The notes beneath the pieces are model-generated. The model did no database searches. It worked only from the letters and a program-made list of their open reading frames with translations, and was not told where the DNA came from. From Macrostomum lignano (taxonomy: Eukaryota): a stretch of 64,000 nt of DNA. Every line of letters starts with the position of its first letter. Position 1 is the stretch's first letter. Shown here one piece after another: positions 23,801 through 36,188 of this stretch. The stretch lies in NCBI GenBank assembly GCA_002269645.1, contig NIVC01001761.1, forward strand, positions 176,666 through 240,665, read 5' to 3'. A program made the position numbers and the translations under genes.

Positions 23801-26767
23801 AGGGCTGGGGTTTAGGTTAGGTCTGGGGTTTAGGTTAGGGCTGGGGTTTAGGTTAGGTCTGGGGTTTAGGTTAGGTCTGGAGTTTAGCTTAGGGCTGGGG
23901 TTTAGGTTGGGGCTGGGGTTTAGGTTGGGGCTGGGGTTTAGGTTAGGGCTGGGGTTTAGGTTAGGGCTGGGGTTTAGGTTAGGGCTGGGGTTTAGGTTAG
24001 GGCTGGGGTTTAGGTTGGGGCTGGGGTTTAGGTTGGGGCTGGGGTTTAGGTTAGGGCTGGGTTTAGGTTAGGGCTGGGGTTGAGGTTGGGGCTGGGGTTT
24101 AGGTTAGGGTGAAGTTTAGGTTAGGGCTGGGGTTTAGGTTAGGGCTGGGGTTGAGGTTGGGGCTGGGGTTTAGGTTAGGGTGAAGTTTAGGTTAGCGCTG
24201 GGGTTTAGGTTAGGACTGGGGTTAAGGTTAGGGTTGGGGTTTACGTTAGGGCTGGGGTTTACGTTAGGGCTGGGGTTTAGCTTACGAACGGGGTTTATTT
24301 CTGAGATTGTGTCGGCAGTTGTTTGGTGCAGACCGAGTGTCCTCGGAAATTTGAAATTTCGAGCTTGTGAAAGAGGCCCAATGACTGCTTCATGTTGCCT
24401 CTGCCAGGTAAGCAACAGATCGGAAATTAATCCCACAGGCTGTCTGCACTACTACCAGTAGTGTGACCTCACCTGCCCGTGCTCATCCTCTCCGTCTTCG
24501 ACTTTGCCGCCACCGCCGCCCTCCGTGCCGCCGACCGTAGCGGCTGTGGCATCCGCGTCCTCATCGGCGCCGCCGCCAGCGCGGCCGGACCCGCCGCCGG
24601 GCGCCTCCGCGTCCATGGGCTCGCCGGAGGGCTGGCCGCCTGTCGCAGAAGCAGCAGCGGAGGCGCCCGTCTCCCGGCGCGCCTTCTTGCCGCCAGCGCC
24701 GCCGCCGGAAGCTGCCGCCGCCGCCGAGACGTTGGCAGCCGACGACTTCCGGCCGGAACCGGCGGTTCCGCCAACGCCGGAACGGGAATTCGACGAAGGC
24801 GTCGATGCAGCCACCGCCTGGGCGCCGGTTGACGAGGCTGGCGGCGAAGGCGATCGCTTTCGTTTCTGAATTTTCTTCTCCCGCTTGAGCTCCACGAACT
24901 CGGAAACCGAGTAGTAGCGCGGCGGCGCCGCTGGCTTGCGGCCGGTGCGCCGGGCGAACTCCTGGTACTCCACCAGGAAGTCCTCCTCCGGCGGGAACTC
25001 GCACTGCTCGTCCAGCGTCAGCAGGTAAGCGGCGTCCAGCTCCCAGGGACCGTCCGGGACGCAGCGGGTCACCTGGCGAAGGAGTGGGATTGATTAGGGA
25101 ATCTCAGTGTCTCAGGCAGAGGGAATCTCAGTGTCTGAGGCAGAGGGAATCTCAGTGTCTCAGGCAGAGGGAATCTCAGTGTCTCAGGCAGAGGGAATCT
25201 CAGTGTCTCAGGCAGAGGGAATCTCAGTGTCTGAGGTAGAGGGAATCTCAGTGTCTGAGGCAGAGGGAATCTCAGTGTCTCAGGCAGAGGGAATCTCAGT
25301 GTCTCAGGCAGAGGGAATCTCAGTGTCTGAGGCAGAGGGAATCTAGTGTCTCAGGCAGAGGGAATCTAGTGTCTCAGGCAGAGGGAATCTCAGTGTCTGA
25401 GGCAGAGGGAATCTAGTGTCTCAGGCAGAGGGAATCTAGTGTCTGAGGCAGAGGGAATCTAGTGTCTGAGGCAGAGGGAATCTAGTGTCTGAGGCAGAGG
25501 GAATCTAGTGTCTGAGGCAGAGGGAATCTCAGTGTCTGAGGCAGAGGGAATCTAGTGTCTGAGGCAGAGGGAATCTAGTGTCTGAGGCAGAGGGAATCTA
25601 GTGTCTGAGGCAGAGGGAATCTAGTGTCTCAGGCAGAGGGAATCTAGTGTCTCAGGCAGAGGGAATCTAGTGTCTAAGGCAGAGGGAATCTAGTGTCTCA
25701 GGTAGAGAGAATCTAGTGTCTCAGGTAGAGGGAATCTCAGTGTCTCAGGTAGAGGGAATCTCAGTGTCTCAGGTAGAGAGAATCTCATACACTGGGTGGA
25801 GAAGGAAATCTCATTCTGGGTGGAGAGAAAATCTCATATTGTTCAGAATGGAGAAGGAATCTCATATGCGGGATGGAGGGAATCTCATATTCTAGGTGGA
25901 GAGGGAATCTCATAGTCGGAACAGAGAGAGGAAATCTCATTCAGAAATGGAGAAGGAATCTCAAGTCCTTGCATAAAGAACGAATCGCAGATTAGAGAGG
26001 AAATGAGATGGGCGAATCTCTTTACCCAGAATCGCCTGAGCTGGAATTTATCCCATGCTGATTACCTCAACCTCCAGCTCAGCGGGGCTGGTGTAGAACA
26101 CATCATAGCTGGACACGGTGCCCTTCCAATGCACCACCGAGTGCTTGCCCTCCTTGAAGGCCGGGGTGACCTTGTCCTCGAGCAGCTGCTGGGCGGCGGC
26201 GGCCGGGGCAGCGCTGGCCGGGCCGTACACCAGGTGTGTGCATCCCTCCTCGGTGTCAGCCAGCTCGAGGCCGTGTCGCTGGCAGATGTCCAGCAGGCGA
26301 GTCCGGATGTCCTCGGGCACGTCCGATTTGATGTGCACCCGCGGCAGCGACCACAGCTTGGAGTCCAGCAGCTCCTTGCGCATCAGCGCCAGCATTTCCA
26401 GATTCTTCTCCAGCCAGGAGGCCTTGTGAAAGTCCAGCCTGCGCCAGCCCTGCTCGCCTTTGAAGCGGAACACAGTCAGGAAAATCTGGCAGAGCGCGCC
26501 GCCGGGCTGGAAGTCCAGGAACAGCCGGCCGGGCAGGCGGGTCGGATACGGCGGCGACTTTGCCTGGCGGCGGACCTGCTCCTCCTGGAAGCAGAGCAGC
26601 TGGTAGCAGATGGAGGCCAGGCTCTTGTTGGTTGGCGGCTCCGTCTGCATGAGTTTCTTGTGATTGCGGGTGAGCCAGGTGCGGACCGTGTCGAACTCGG
26701 CGATCACCTCCGGGTGCTCGAAGAACCGCTGACTGGGCGCGGTGTCCTTCTTGCGCTGCAGACTCAT
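20900..26767 (-). CDS. SMARCC1/SMARCC2: SMARCC/BAF155-170 (Moira) full-length subunit (copy B), ~1250 aa
   Basis: Exons 26066-26767 (MSLQRKKD...PPTNKSLA...[22 protein letters not shown]-terminal MarR-like/BRCT-like module), 24473-25072 (chromo-like segment, KRKRSPSP), 23274-23588 (SWIRM) and 20900-23035 (SANT, coiled coil [40 protein letters not shown]-rich tail). Introns are phase 0 GT-AG and the ORF is open. Confidence 0.95.
23075..23245. repeat. 30-bp minisatellite in the homologous intron of SMARCC copy B
   Basis: About 5-6 units of the 7450-8130 repeat. Confidence 0.9.
23600..24285. repeat. Telomere-like 18-bp G-rich array in SMARCC copy B intron 2
   Basis: Unit GGGGTTTAGGTTAGGGCT, containing TTAGGG/TTAGG variants. 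Confidence 0.9.
25095..25790. repeat. 22-24-bp minisatellite in SMARCC copy B intron 1
   Basis: Unit GGGAATCT(C)AGTGTCTSAGGCAGA. Confidence 0.95.
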
Positions 26768-27440
26768 GGCGTGACTGGGACAGCGGCGAGCATGAAAGCG
26801 GATTTTATGGTTTATCAGCTGACCATTGGAGAAAAAAATTGGAGTCAAGTAAGCTGCATGTTTGTTTCCACTTTACTTTGCTTTTGTACAATAACATTTT
26901 CAACAAGGCCAACACAACACTACTTAAACAAAACAACCTCATGTGAATATAATTAATATATTTAGCATAACTGGAACAACACAAATTTATTATATTATCA
27001 GCTAAAATGATGAATTATGATTAATTATAAAATATTTAGCAGCACTAATTCAATAAACAGTATATATGAATATAATATTTTGCTTTGCTTTGACAAATAA
27101 AGTATATTCAGATCTATTTTCCTATTTTGTTGAAAAAATTTCTTCTAATTTGTGATCAGACTAAGTTTTGCCAGAAGCAAGTTTTTTAATTTACTTTTAC
27201 TTAATTTGCTAATATAATACTCAATAGTATTATAAAACTAAATATTGATATTTAAAACTTTAACCCTTCAATTTAATTGAATTCAATGAAAATTTAATGT
27301 AACAAACAATAGAATTATTGACTAAAATATTTTAGTAAGGTGACAAATAATATGATATAACTTTTGGTACTTGGTTAATTGGTTTTGTAGCATTTAGTCA
27401 CTTTATTACCTATCTAGATTGGTTAGATATTGTGCATATA

Positions 27441-27980
27441 TGAGGGGTATCCCAAAAGTTCCCGGAATGTCTAACGTAGCTCTTTAATAGAGCCATAAAA
27501 TTTCATGCCCACGGTGTCAAATGAAAGGAAATTTTGTCACAAAGAAAACAAAGTTAAAATCATGTTGATATTTTTTTTTATTTAGGAGTTGCAGCAAGAA
27601 ACGTTCACAAAGGTCAGTGGTAGTGTTACACAACCTGACATATCAATGAAAATAATATTTCATCTCCATTTTTGGATATTTTCATTTTGAATTTGTGCTA
27701 CTGACGTGTTAGAAAGATGTGGTAGTGTCTATGGAAAAAAAGCAGAAATGCTCATAAAGCTAATCTGAGCTTTTGCATGAGTGCAGATAATTCATACCAA
27801 GCGCTTGCTTTCAAAGTGCTTGCTTGCTTGCAGCTCCTGAATAAAAAAAGATATCAACATGATTTTAGCTTTGTTTTCTTTGAGACAAAATTTGTTTTCT
27901 TTGACACCATGGGCGTGAAATTTCATGGCTCCGTTGAAGAGCTACGTTAGACATTCTGGGAACTTTTGGGAAACCCCTTG
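27441..27980. mobile_element. Tc1/mariner-type MITE
   Basis: Imperfect TIRs of ~160 bp (TGAGGGGTATCCCAAAAGTTCCC... / ...GGGAACTTTTGGGAAACCCCTTG) flanked by TA on both sides. Confidence 0.85.
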
Positions 27981-29196
27981 TATATTAAAAAAATAAATGC
28001 AAATTTATCCAACCTTATATATTTTTATAACTAGGCCTTGTTTCCACATATACTATAATCTAGAATATAGCCTCTATAGTTATATCTATGCCAGAAAATT
28101 CCAGCATATTTCTTACCCTCATTATGAATTTTTCTATACATATAGGTGGTTCTACAAGAAGGAAACACTTAAAGAAATGGAAATTTTTAGATAACACATA
28201 AACTAAAAGAGCTATTTTAAAATTGCTGTTTTTTAAAGAAATATCTATGCATGAACAGCTAATTTATTGACTCTAGATCACATTTTTTTATTTTATCCTT
28301 AATGTAGATGCACTTTATCAAAGCTCTGCATTGCTATTTTACTTTATCATTGGCATGCTATGATAATATGGCTGACTTCTCTTAGATTCAAACTCCAAAA
28401 TATTTTGGATAACTCATTTTGTCACTTTTTTCTAAATTTCAAATTGTATCAATAGTTTTTTAATACTTGACCTTGCTTTAGGCTATGCTAGACTTGTCCA
28501 CACAGACCTCAAAGACATATTTTGTCTATGGCTAAACTGGCTATAAATAGATTTAGCCAAATCAGACAATTTGTACTTAGGGCAAACAATAGTCCAGAAA
28601 CTTTTGTAGCAACCCTTGCATACTTGGGCGCAATATCATGAGTGACATGTTATATATAGGGTTTATATTCTATAATAATTTAAAACTTTGTATAAATATA
28701 TATATAACACAAATAATAGTATAGTAATATATATAAGATCACTTATTCTAAGAAAAAAATTGTAATTTAATTGTAATTCAAAATTTTAGTTTTTTTTTAT
28801 ATAAAGTGTTGTAATATAAACATAATTGGGCCTACAACTAGTTTATTATACTGTGCTTATTTCTGTTAAAGTTTCTTATGTCCTATGGCACCTTTTTAAA
28901 CCTTAAATTACAGATTTAAATGTGAAATTTATTCCAATATAAATGTTGATATATGAGTAGCTTCTTTACTACTATTTAATACTTTCATACTACTTACTAA
29001 TTATGTTACAATATAATGCTGTTTTTCATCTACAAAAGGATCATTATTTCTATAACAATCAAAATGGAAGCAAAAATACATTAAGCGCATATTTGGCCTT
29101 AAAATTTCAACCTAAAAGCTTTAAAATCTGTATTTTTCTGATCCTGAGATTGAATCATAGGATTGGCCAATTATTAGTTAGAATAAGAGTCGAAAT

Positions 29197-29983
29197 GGCT
29201 CATTCCATATAAGATGAACATTTTTGGAAAATAGAAAAAAGTCAATATTTTTGCTTGCCATTGCCTTATCAGCCAATTTTTTTTACCAAATGTTTTTTAT
29301 GTGTAATATCTACAATCTAAGAATAAATAAATGATAAAATGTTGGATTAGTATGTTATCAAGTGGCAAAAAGTCATTTTTGTAAAAATTTGGACATTTTT
29401 CTAAGCAAAAGACATCATTAAGTTTGTGTACCTTTTAAAAACAAATAGAAAGCTTTGGAAGGTTGAAACAAACTATAGATAAAAGTATAGTACTTGCATC
29501 ATCAGATAAAAGTATTGGTGACCAAATAATCTATTATATTTTTAATATATTGGTACCTCAAAGTTACTGAATTGACAGAAAAAAATAAGTTACGACCATA
29601 ATGTTATGACCATAAGGCTGCCTTTTCTTTTGTATCTTTGTTGCCTTTTGAGTTTATATATTCTACAAAAAGAGTATGATTACTGAAGATGTTGTTAGTC
29701 AAATTTTAAAAAATGTATTGCAAAATATCAAAAATAAAAAATGTTATAAGACTTTTACCTTTTAGTTTCTATATGTCAAAAATCCTATTGTTACGACCAT
29801 AAGTGCCATTTAAGGTTTAATAGCATCTATACTAATGATGATATCTACATGAAACTCTATAAAAATATTCTTGACAAAATTATCTTTCATTTAAATATTG
29901 GTTTAGTATATTCTATTATTATATTTCATTTTATAAGTAAAAATAGTCTGTCATGTTACGACCGTGCTTATATGGAATGAGCC
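29197..29983. mobile_element. Non-autonomous DNA transposon, Sola1-like
   Basis: A 17-bp perfect TIR GGCTCATTCCATATAAG...CTTATATGGAATGAGCC, with AAAT on both flanks (4-bp AWWT-type TSD). Internal GTTACGACC repeats are present. The superfamily call rests on the TSD alone. Confidence 0.7.
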
Positions 29984-30606
29984 AAATGATACTTAGTTTA
30001 GACTATTATCATTTAGTAATGGCAACTGTTATTTGTCCAGTTAAATGGATATTATTACTTATATATATTTTAATAAATCTTTCTAGATTTTAAAGGTTTC
30101 TAACTTGCATCTTGATTAATATATTGTTATACTAGTGTATGTCTAATCACACTTAGTCTGATTGCTTCTTGTCTTATATAGCTTGTACCCTTTTATGCTA
30201 CGCACCCTTTTATGAGGCAAAACATACCAGAAGATAATAAGGCATGAGGAGGTATAAAAATCAAACTGAACTTAATGAGAAGTTTCAATAATCATGCATT
30301 CAATATGGAAAATTTTTTAAGCAAGTTAATTCTATATACTAATATAGGCCTACATATATATGAGTATATATTACCCAATAATCCTAGGCTTATTAACTAA
30401 GTATAACAATATATTAATTAAGATAGGAAAAAATAGCTCTTAAAAATCCAGAATATTAATTAGTTAAGAAATACTTTAAACTTTAAATTAAAGTAGGCCT
30501 AGAAAATTTGTTTATAGCAATTTAACCAGATGAATAACAAAATGGCTATTTGTCTGGTGACCAGACAAATAACAATGTTGCTATTTGTCTAGTCATCAAA
30601 TAGCCT

Positions 30607-31197
30607 AAATAACAATTGGGCAATAGGCCTAGTGCAATTTCGTTTGCAAAATTTTTTTTGTTTAAATTTGAAAGTTTGAAACTAGAAAACAATAATAATG
30701 ATGTTTTAAACCATTCTAGCAACTATGCCAGAGCTCACTGGTCACAGAACTTTAAAGCAAATGGGCACTCTATTAATATACTTTTTTCATTAAATCTGTG
30801 CCACACTCGAATGCTACTTGAAACGCAAGTTGTCTATGGAAAAAATAGTTTAAAAAAATCAAAAGGGGCTCAAGTTGGGGGGGGGGGCTTGAACTGTTTC
30901 CCTTTAGCTGAGAAGCTGCTAATATCTGCTTTTTATTTTGGACAACATATTGCATCATGGCTGGACGACCACCAAGACCCTTGTGGATAATTCCGCCAAA
31001 TGAAGTGCTGCCAGCGAATGCTCTACCACAACTAGAGCTAAATGCGTGTGACCTGATGGCTGCCACTGTCTTTGCCACAATCGCTAGAATGGTTTAAAAC
31101 ATCATTTTTTATTGTTGTTATTGTTTTCTGGTTTTAAACTTTCAAATTTAAACGAAAAATAATTTTGCGAACGAAACTACACTATTGCCAACAATTG
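30607..31197. mobile_element. MITE-like element with ~120-bp degenerate inverted repeats
   Basis: 30616-30722 (…GATGTTTTAAACCATTCTAGC) is the reverse complement of 31084-31190 (GCTAGAATGGTTTAAAACATC…). No TSD could be resolved. Confidence 0.6.
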
Positions 31198-31548
31198 CCT
31201 TTAATAATTAATTGGAATAGGAGTTGGAATTCCAACCATTGTTCCAACTTTTAATTCAATTGCATTATTAATCAGAATAATAGTTGAAATATTCTGAGTC
31301 AGACAAAGTTTAAGAGCTCTTAGGCTTAGTAGGGTATTATTATTTATTATTCTTGACTCTTCCTCTTAGCTTATGGCTTATATATGAATAGACATATTCT
31401 TATAGACCAAACTTTTATTTAGGCCTAGTTAAGTTAGTATTGGTTCAGATTGCAAAATAAAGTAGGTTGTAGCCTGCAGCAGGTAGCAGTTGAGTGAGGT
31501 GGCTCGATTTACTCCCTTGACGGCTCGACGAACGACATTTACATTTTT

Positions 31549-32558
31549 ATGCAGGGATTCCCCGAGCGATATTCAAGATCGATATTCGGAAATAACAAAA
31601 ATCTTTGCTTTTAAAGCACCAACCGCTATGATTTTTTACAGAAAAAACATCACTCACGAGATAAACCGACTTGAAAAAAATTACGGCTACAGATAGAAAG
31701 GATTTTTTACAATTTGCAAAAAACTGATGTTCCTATCTCCACAATGCATTAGATTGATATTCGATTTCGAGTACTTCTGCTTGCTCTCTGTCGCTGAAAA
31801 TTGACATGCAGGACTTCACCCAGACACTAAGCGATTATCATAACTCAAACCGAACTCAAAGCTTCATGCTCGAGAACTATTCGAGAAAAACTGATGTTCC
31901 TATCTCCACAATGCATTAGATTGATATTCGATTTCGAGTACTTCTGCTTGCTCTCTGTCGCTGAAAATTGACATGCAGGACTTCACCCAGACACTAAGCG
32001 ATTATCATAACTCAAACCGAACTCAAAGCTTCATGCTCGAGAACTATTCGAGAAAAACTGATGTTCCTATCTCCACAATGCATTAGATTGATATTCGATT
32101 TCGAGTACTTCTGCTTGCTCTCTGTCGCTGAAAATTGACATGCAGGACGACAGAGAGCAAGCAGAAGTACTCGAAATCGAATATCAATCTAATGCATTGT
32201 GGAGATAGGAACATCAGTTTTTCTCGAATAGTTCTCGAGCAAGAAGCTTTGAGTTCGGTTTGAGTTATGATAATCGCTTAGTGTCTGGGTGAAGTCCTGC
32301 ATGTCAATTTTCAGCGACAGAGAGCAAGCAGAAGTACTCGAAATCGAATATCAATCTAATGCATTGTGGAGATAGGAACATCAGTTTTTGCAAATTGTAA
32401 AAATTCCTTTCTATCTGTAGCCGTAATTTTTTTCAAGTCGGTTTATCTCGTGGGTGATGTTTTTTCTGTAAAAAATCATAGCGGTTGGTGCTTTAAAAGC
32501 AAAGATTTTTGTTATTTCCGAATATCGATCTTGAATATCGCTCGGGGAATCCCTGCAT
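31549..32558. mobile_element. Foldback (FB/MULE-like) element: near-perfect palindrome with internal 167-bp tandem units
   Basis: Ends ATGCAGGGATTCCCC...GGGGAATCCCTGCAT, with a 9-bp TSD TACATTTTT (31540-31548 and 32559-32567). The unit starting CTGATGTTCC recurs at 31724, 31891 and 32058, and in reverse after ~32148. Confidence 0.88.
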
Positions 32559-34419
32559 TACATTTTTTTATTTTTTCCCTTATTAGGCAAAAACTTAGTC
32601 TTAGGCTTCGCGATAATGCAAAATTTACTAGCTCAAAACTTGTCAATTAGTGTAGCTATTAACGAGAAATTTTTATTTTTAAAACCTTAAAAAAAGTAGG
32701 ACCCAGTCAGAAAGGACAAAATCATGACAAATTTATTTATTCGCTTGTTATATTCAAAATTAAATTCACAATTATTAAATTCACAATTATTGCCTTTTTG
32801 TCATATTAAATTTTAGCAATACATATCTACGCAGTTAAACAAACTATAAAACCCAACACTATTAGTAAAACATTTTGAGTTCCAGCAAGTATATTTTTAG
32901 TTAGTTAATAACAAGTCTAATAAGATTACTACTAAAATAAATATTTTAGTTAATTTGCTTTCATACGCGCATCTTATAAAAAACACAATATTCTGATCAA
33001 TTACTGTAAATGTACTTGACGGTGTCCATTCGAACACTATACGCTGGGAAACTAGCACATGTACATGTTTAAAAAATTAGTTGCCCATCAACAAATGCCT
33101 ATATAGGGCGGCAACTGCAGGCGCACTGAAAAATACAACTTCAGCAGAAAACTTCGAACAAAACAAAACTTTCACATTTTCACCTACCGTTGCCTACATG
33201 TACCTCGCTGGTTCCGTCTCTTTGGGGCTTTTCCGAGCTGCTCCTTCTCTAGCTGAGCCAGTTTTTTCAATTGGTTTAAAGCTGAAATATTAAACTAATT
33301 GTGTTGATTGAAAATTATAATATGATGTGTTGTTAATAACGCACAAATAAATATATAATACCATATATATATTGATTTGTATATTACATATAAACTGAAC
33401 TGCTTCAGAAATTGCAAAACGTCAAGGATAACCACGATAAACGGCGAAAAACTAAAAAGTACATGAAAACTGTAGCCGCGCTCTCCGTGTTTTTTAACGC
33501 ATTTTCCACGATTGGCTCGATCTCAGTCTGCAGTTGGAGACCCAGAAAACGTACGTGCTATCCGAAAGCAACAAATCACTGTAACTTACTGGTTGTTGTC
33601 CTTTAATATGCCTGTGTGTACATGTATTTATTGCGTGCATTTTTTCGCGGCAAAAATTGACAGTCTGCTTTTTATAGATTGCGGTTATACATGTAGATAA
33701 AGAATAGAGAGTGTGTGGTCTCGGTCCCCGGAAGGCCTGTGTTTTTCCTGCAATTTTGCGGGCATTTCGTCTTAAATGGAGGTTCTTTCTCAAAATTCTA
33801 GCGTTTACTTGACCACTTTTGGCTCCACTTTACCAACTCGATCGGTACAGTAGTTGTCTATGGGCCAAACCTCATATGACAGCCAGTCTTGCTTTTTTAG
33901 TTTATGGTACAAACCCCGAATTTGCAGTGCGCCTAAAGTGGCCGGGGTTCGTCTGGCAGTATCGTCTATGGCTGAAACCCTAAGTTTTGCGTACTCTTTC
34001 ATGTATAGGCTGGCTGGCAGGACTCAGATGGTGAGGAGCTCAGATGCACAATCAAGCCTTATTGCCATCTTTGACAGCTTCAATTGATTTTAAGCTAAAA
34101 TGTGCATGTTCATAATTGTTCGCTTCTCAATTTCACACACTGACACACACAGACAGACAATTTTTAGTATAGTGGATATCAAGCCACTCGGGACGGACAC
34201 AACAGTTTGCTGTATTGGCTCAGTCTGTACTGTAATAGAATCAATATACAGTATTGCGATACGGCAAATAGGATAGGCCTTGAACAAACGATTCAGAGAT
34301 TTAAAACTATTAGCTCCTGTTTTCCTATCGTCGGAGGGCAAGTCCTACTAAACTTTCTCCAAAAGTCGCAGGTACATTACAAGGTTGCGCAAGGGAATAA
34401 AAAGTGGACCGAGGCAGAA

Positions 34420-34870
34420 ATCCAAGCGCCTCCTGGGAAGGCGTTGTTGGAATGACAAGCGGGTTATAGTGAAATTCTTGGGAAGGCGTTGTTGGAATGA
34501 CAAGAGGGTTATGGGGGAATTCCTGGGAAGGCGTTGTTGGGATGACAAGAGGGTTATGGGGGAATCCTGCAGGAAACTAAGCTTGAATTGAATTTCAGCC
34601 ACGGCTCCGGAGTTCGACTCCCCGGTGCGGTCACACTATCACACTGGGAAGACTGTGGCCAAGCCACTGCCCTCGCTAGCTCAGGGTGAACTGAGAATAT
34701 TTTTATACTGATCATTGTCGTACACTCACTCTGATTACACTCACTCTGATTACACTCACTCTGATTACACTCACTCTGATTACACTCACTCTGATTACAC
34801 TCACTCTGATTACACTCGCTCTGATTACACTCTCTCTGATTACACTCTCTCTGATTACACTCACTCTGAC
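34420..34870. repeat. Small arrays: ~45-bp unit x4 and 15-bp TCACTCTGATTACAC x9
   Basis: GGGAAGGCGTTGTTGGAATGACAAG... at 34435-34570, and the 15-mer at 34722-34870. Confidence 0.85.
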
Positions 34871-35211
34871 TTGACTCAAGCTGCTTCTAGATAAATTATT
34901 TAAGGACGCGTTTTTGACAACTGCAGCTCGGTAAAACCTAAAAGAAGTCTATTTTCGTGGCTGTCAGGTTAATAAAATTAACCAAATTTGCATTTGTTCT
35001 ACTAAGGAAAGTAGCCTTTTGAGCTAACTGACTGACTAATTGCAGTTAGGACGAGTTGGATTAAAGCAACTGGGATTAGAGCAACTGGTAGTAAAGCAAC
35101 TGGGATTAAAGCTATTGGGATAAAAAAATTGGGTTTATAACTGGGATTAGACTAGGATTTATCCATAGCCTTCACAGTTCAGAGTCAGTTCATCCAGTTT
35201 TCAGCAGAATT

Positions 35212-36188
35212 TCAGCGCACCAGATCGAAGAAGCTGCGGATCTCAGGCTCGGTCATTGTGTCGTTCATGACGGCCACCGCCTGCACCGTGCCGTTCAGCA
35301 TTCGCGAGTCGCCATGTCGAAATCCCAGTCTCAGGCAGTTGCAGCTGGGAATGCTCGATTCAAGATACGGGCCTCCCACATTCACCTGCCCTGGCGGCAC
35401 GAAGCCTCCGTTGGAGAAAAATGTTCGGCTCGAGCGAGACGCCGACGTCAGGCCGACTTCCACGAACGAATTCGGGCTAAACGAGTTCGTTTCCGGTGCG
35501 GTTTGAAGTACAGGCTGATTGAAGCTGGTTCGTCGTCCCAGAAGACGGCTCCAAAGTTCTTGGTGGTGCAGTCGTAGCTCTCCAGAATTGCTACATTCTT
35601 GATCTCCCGCTTGAGCCTGAAGAGCCACATGAGAGCCTGCTGGTAGTTCGCGAGCTCCACGTTCTCCAGCCACATCTTGGACGACACTCCGTCGAGCTTG
35701 GCTCCCTCGCTGCTCCACTCCACATTCTCCGACATCCACTGCTGCGTCTGGCCGCACACCAAGTTGCTCCTGCTGGCGTCCGCATCGTCGCTCATCACCC
35801 AGGCGGCCCTCAGCTTCGAGCCCACACCCAGCATATGAGCTTCCTGCTCAAGGTGAGGAACTTGGCGGCTCTGGCATTGGCGAATGCGGCACAGCAGCGG
35901 GGCTGCGAGCTCTCTGCAGCAGCGAGTCCATCGATGATGTGGCACACTGCGGTGTATTGGAAGGGAAGCCGTTGCGCTGCCTCATCAACTCACCTGCTGG
36001 TCTCTCCGCATGCAGAGATGCTTGCAGGCCGCGTGCACAGCAAGGTGGGGCTCAGGGGAGATGGGCGCAGATGGGGCTGGGCGATCAGCAGCAGAAATCG
36101 CCTGCGGGAAGCGGCGTGGGCGATGCGGGCGGCCCGTGAGTCGCCGCAGTTGCCTTCCCGCGTTGCCTTCTGCGCGCATTGTGAGAAA
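35212..36188 (-). CDS. LamG / concanavalin-A-like jelly-roll domain protein; 3' exons with an apparent 1-nt frameshift
   Basis: KLRAAWVMSDD...GAKLDGVSSKMWL...ALMWLFRL in one frame continues after ~35495 in another frame as SFVEVGLT...FFSNGG...LRLG...LNGTVQAVAVMNDTMTEPEIRSFF, which resembles Laminin_G_3. A 47-nt GT-AG intron lies at 35947-35993. Upstream exons were not found. Confidence 0.5.
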
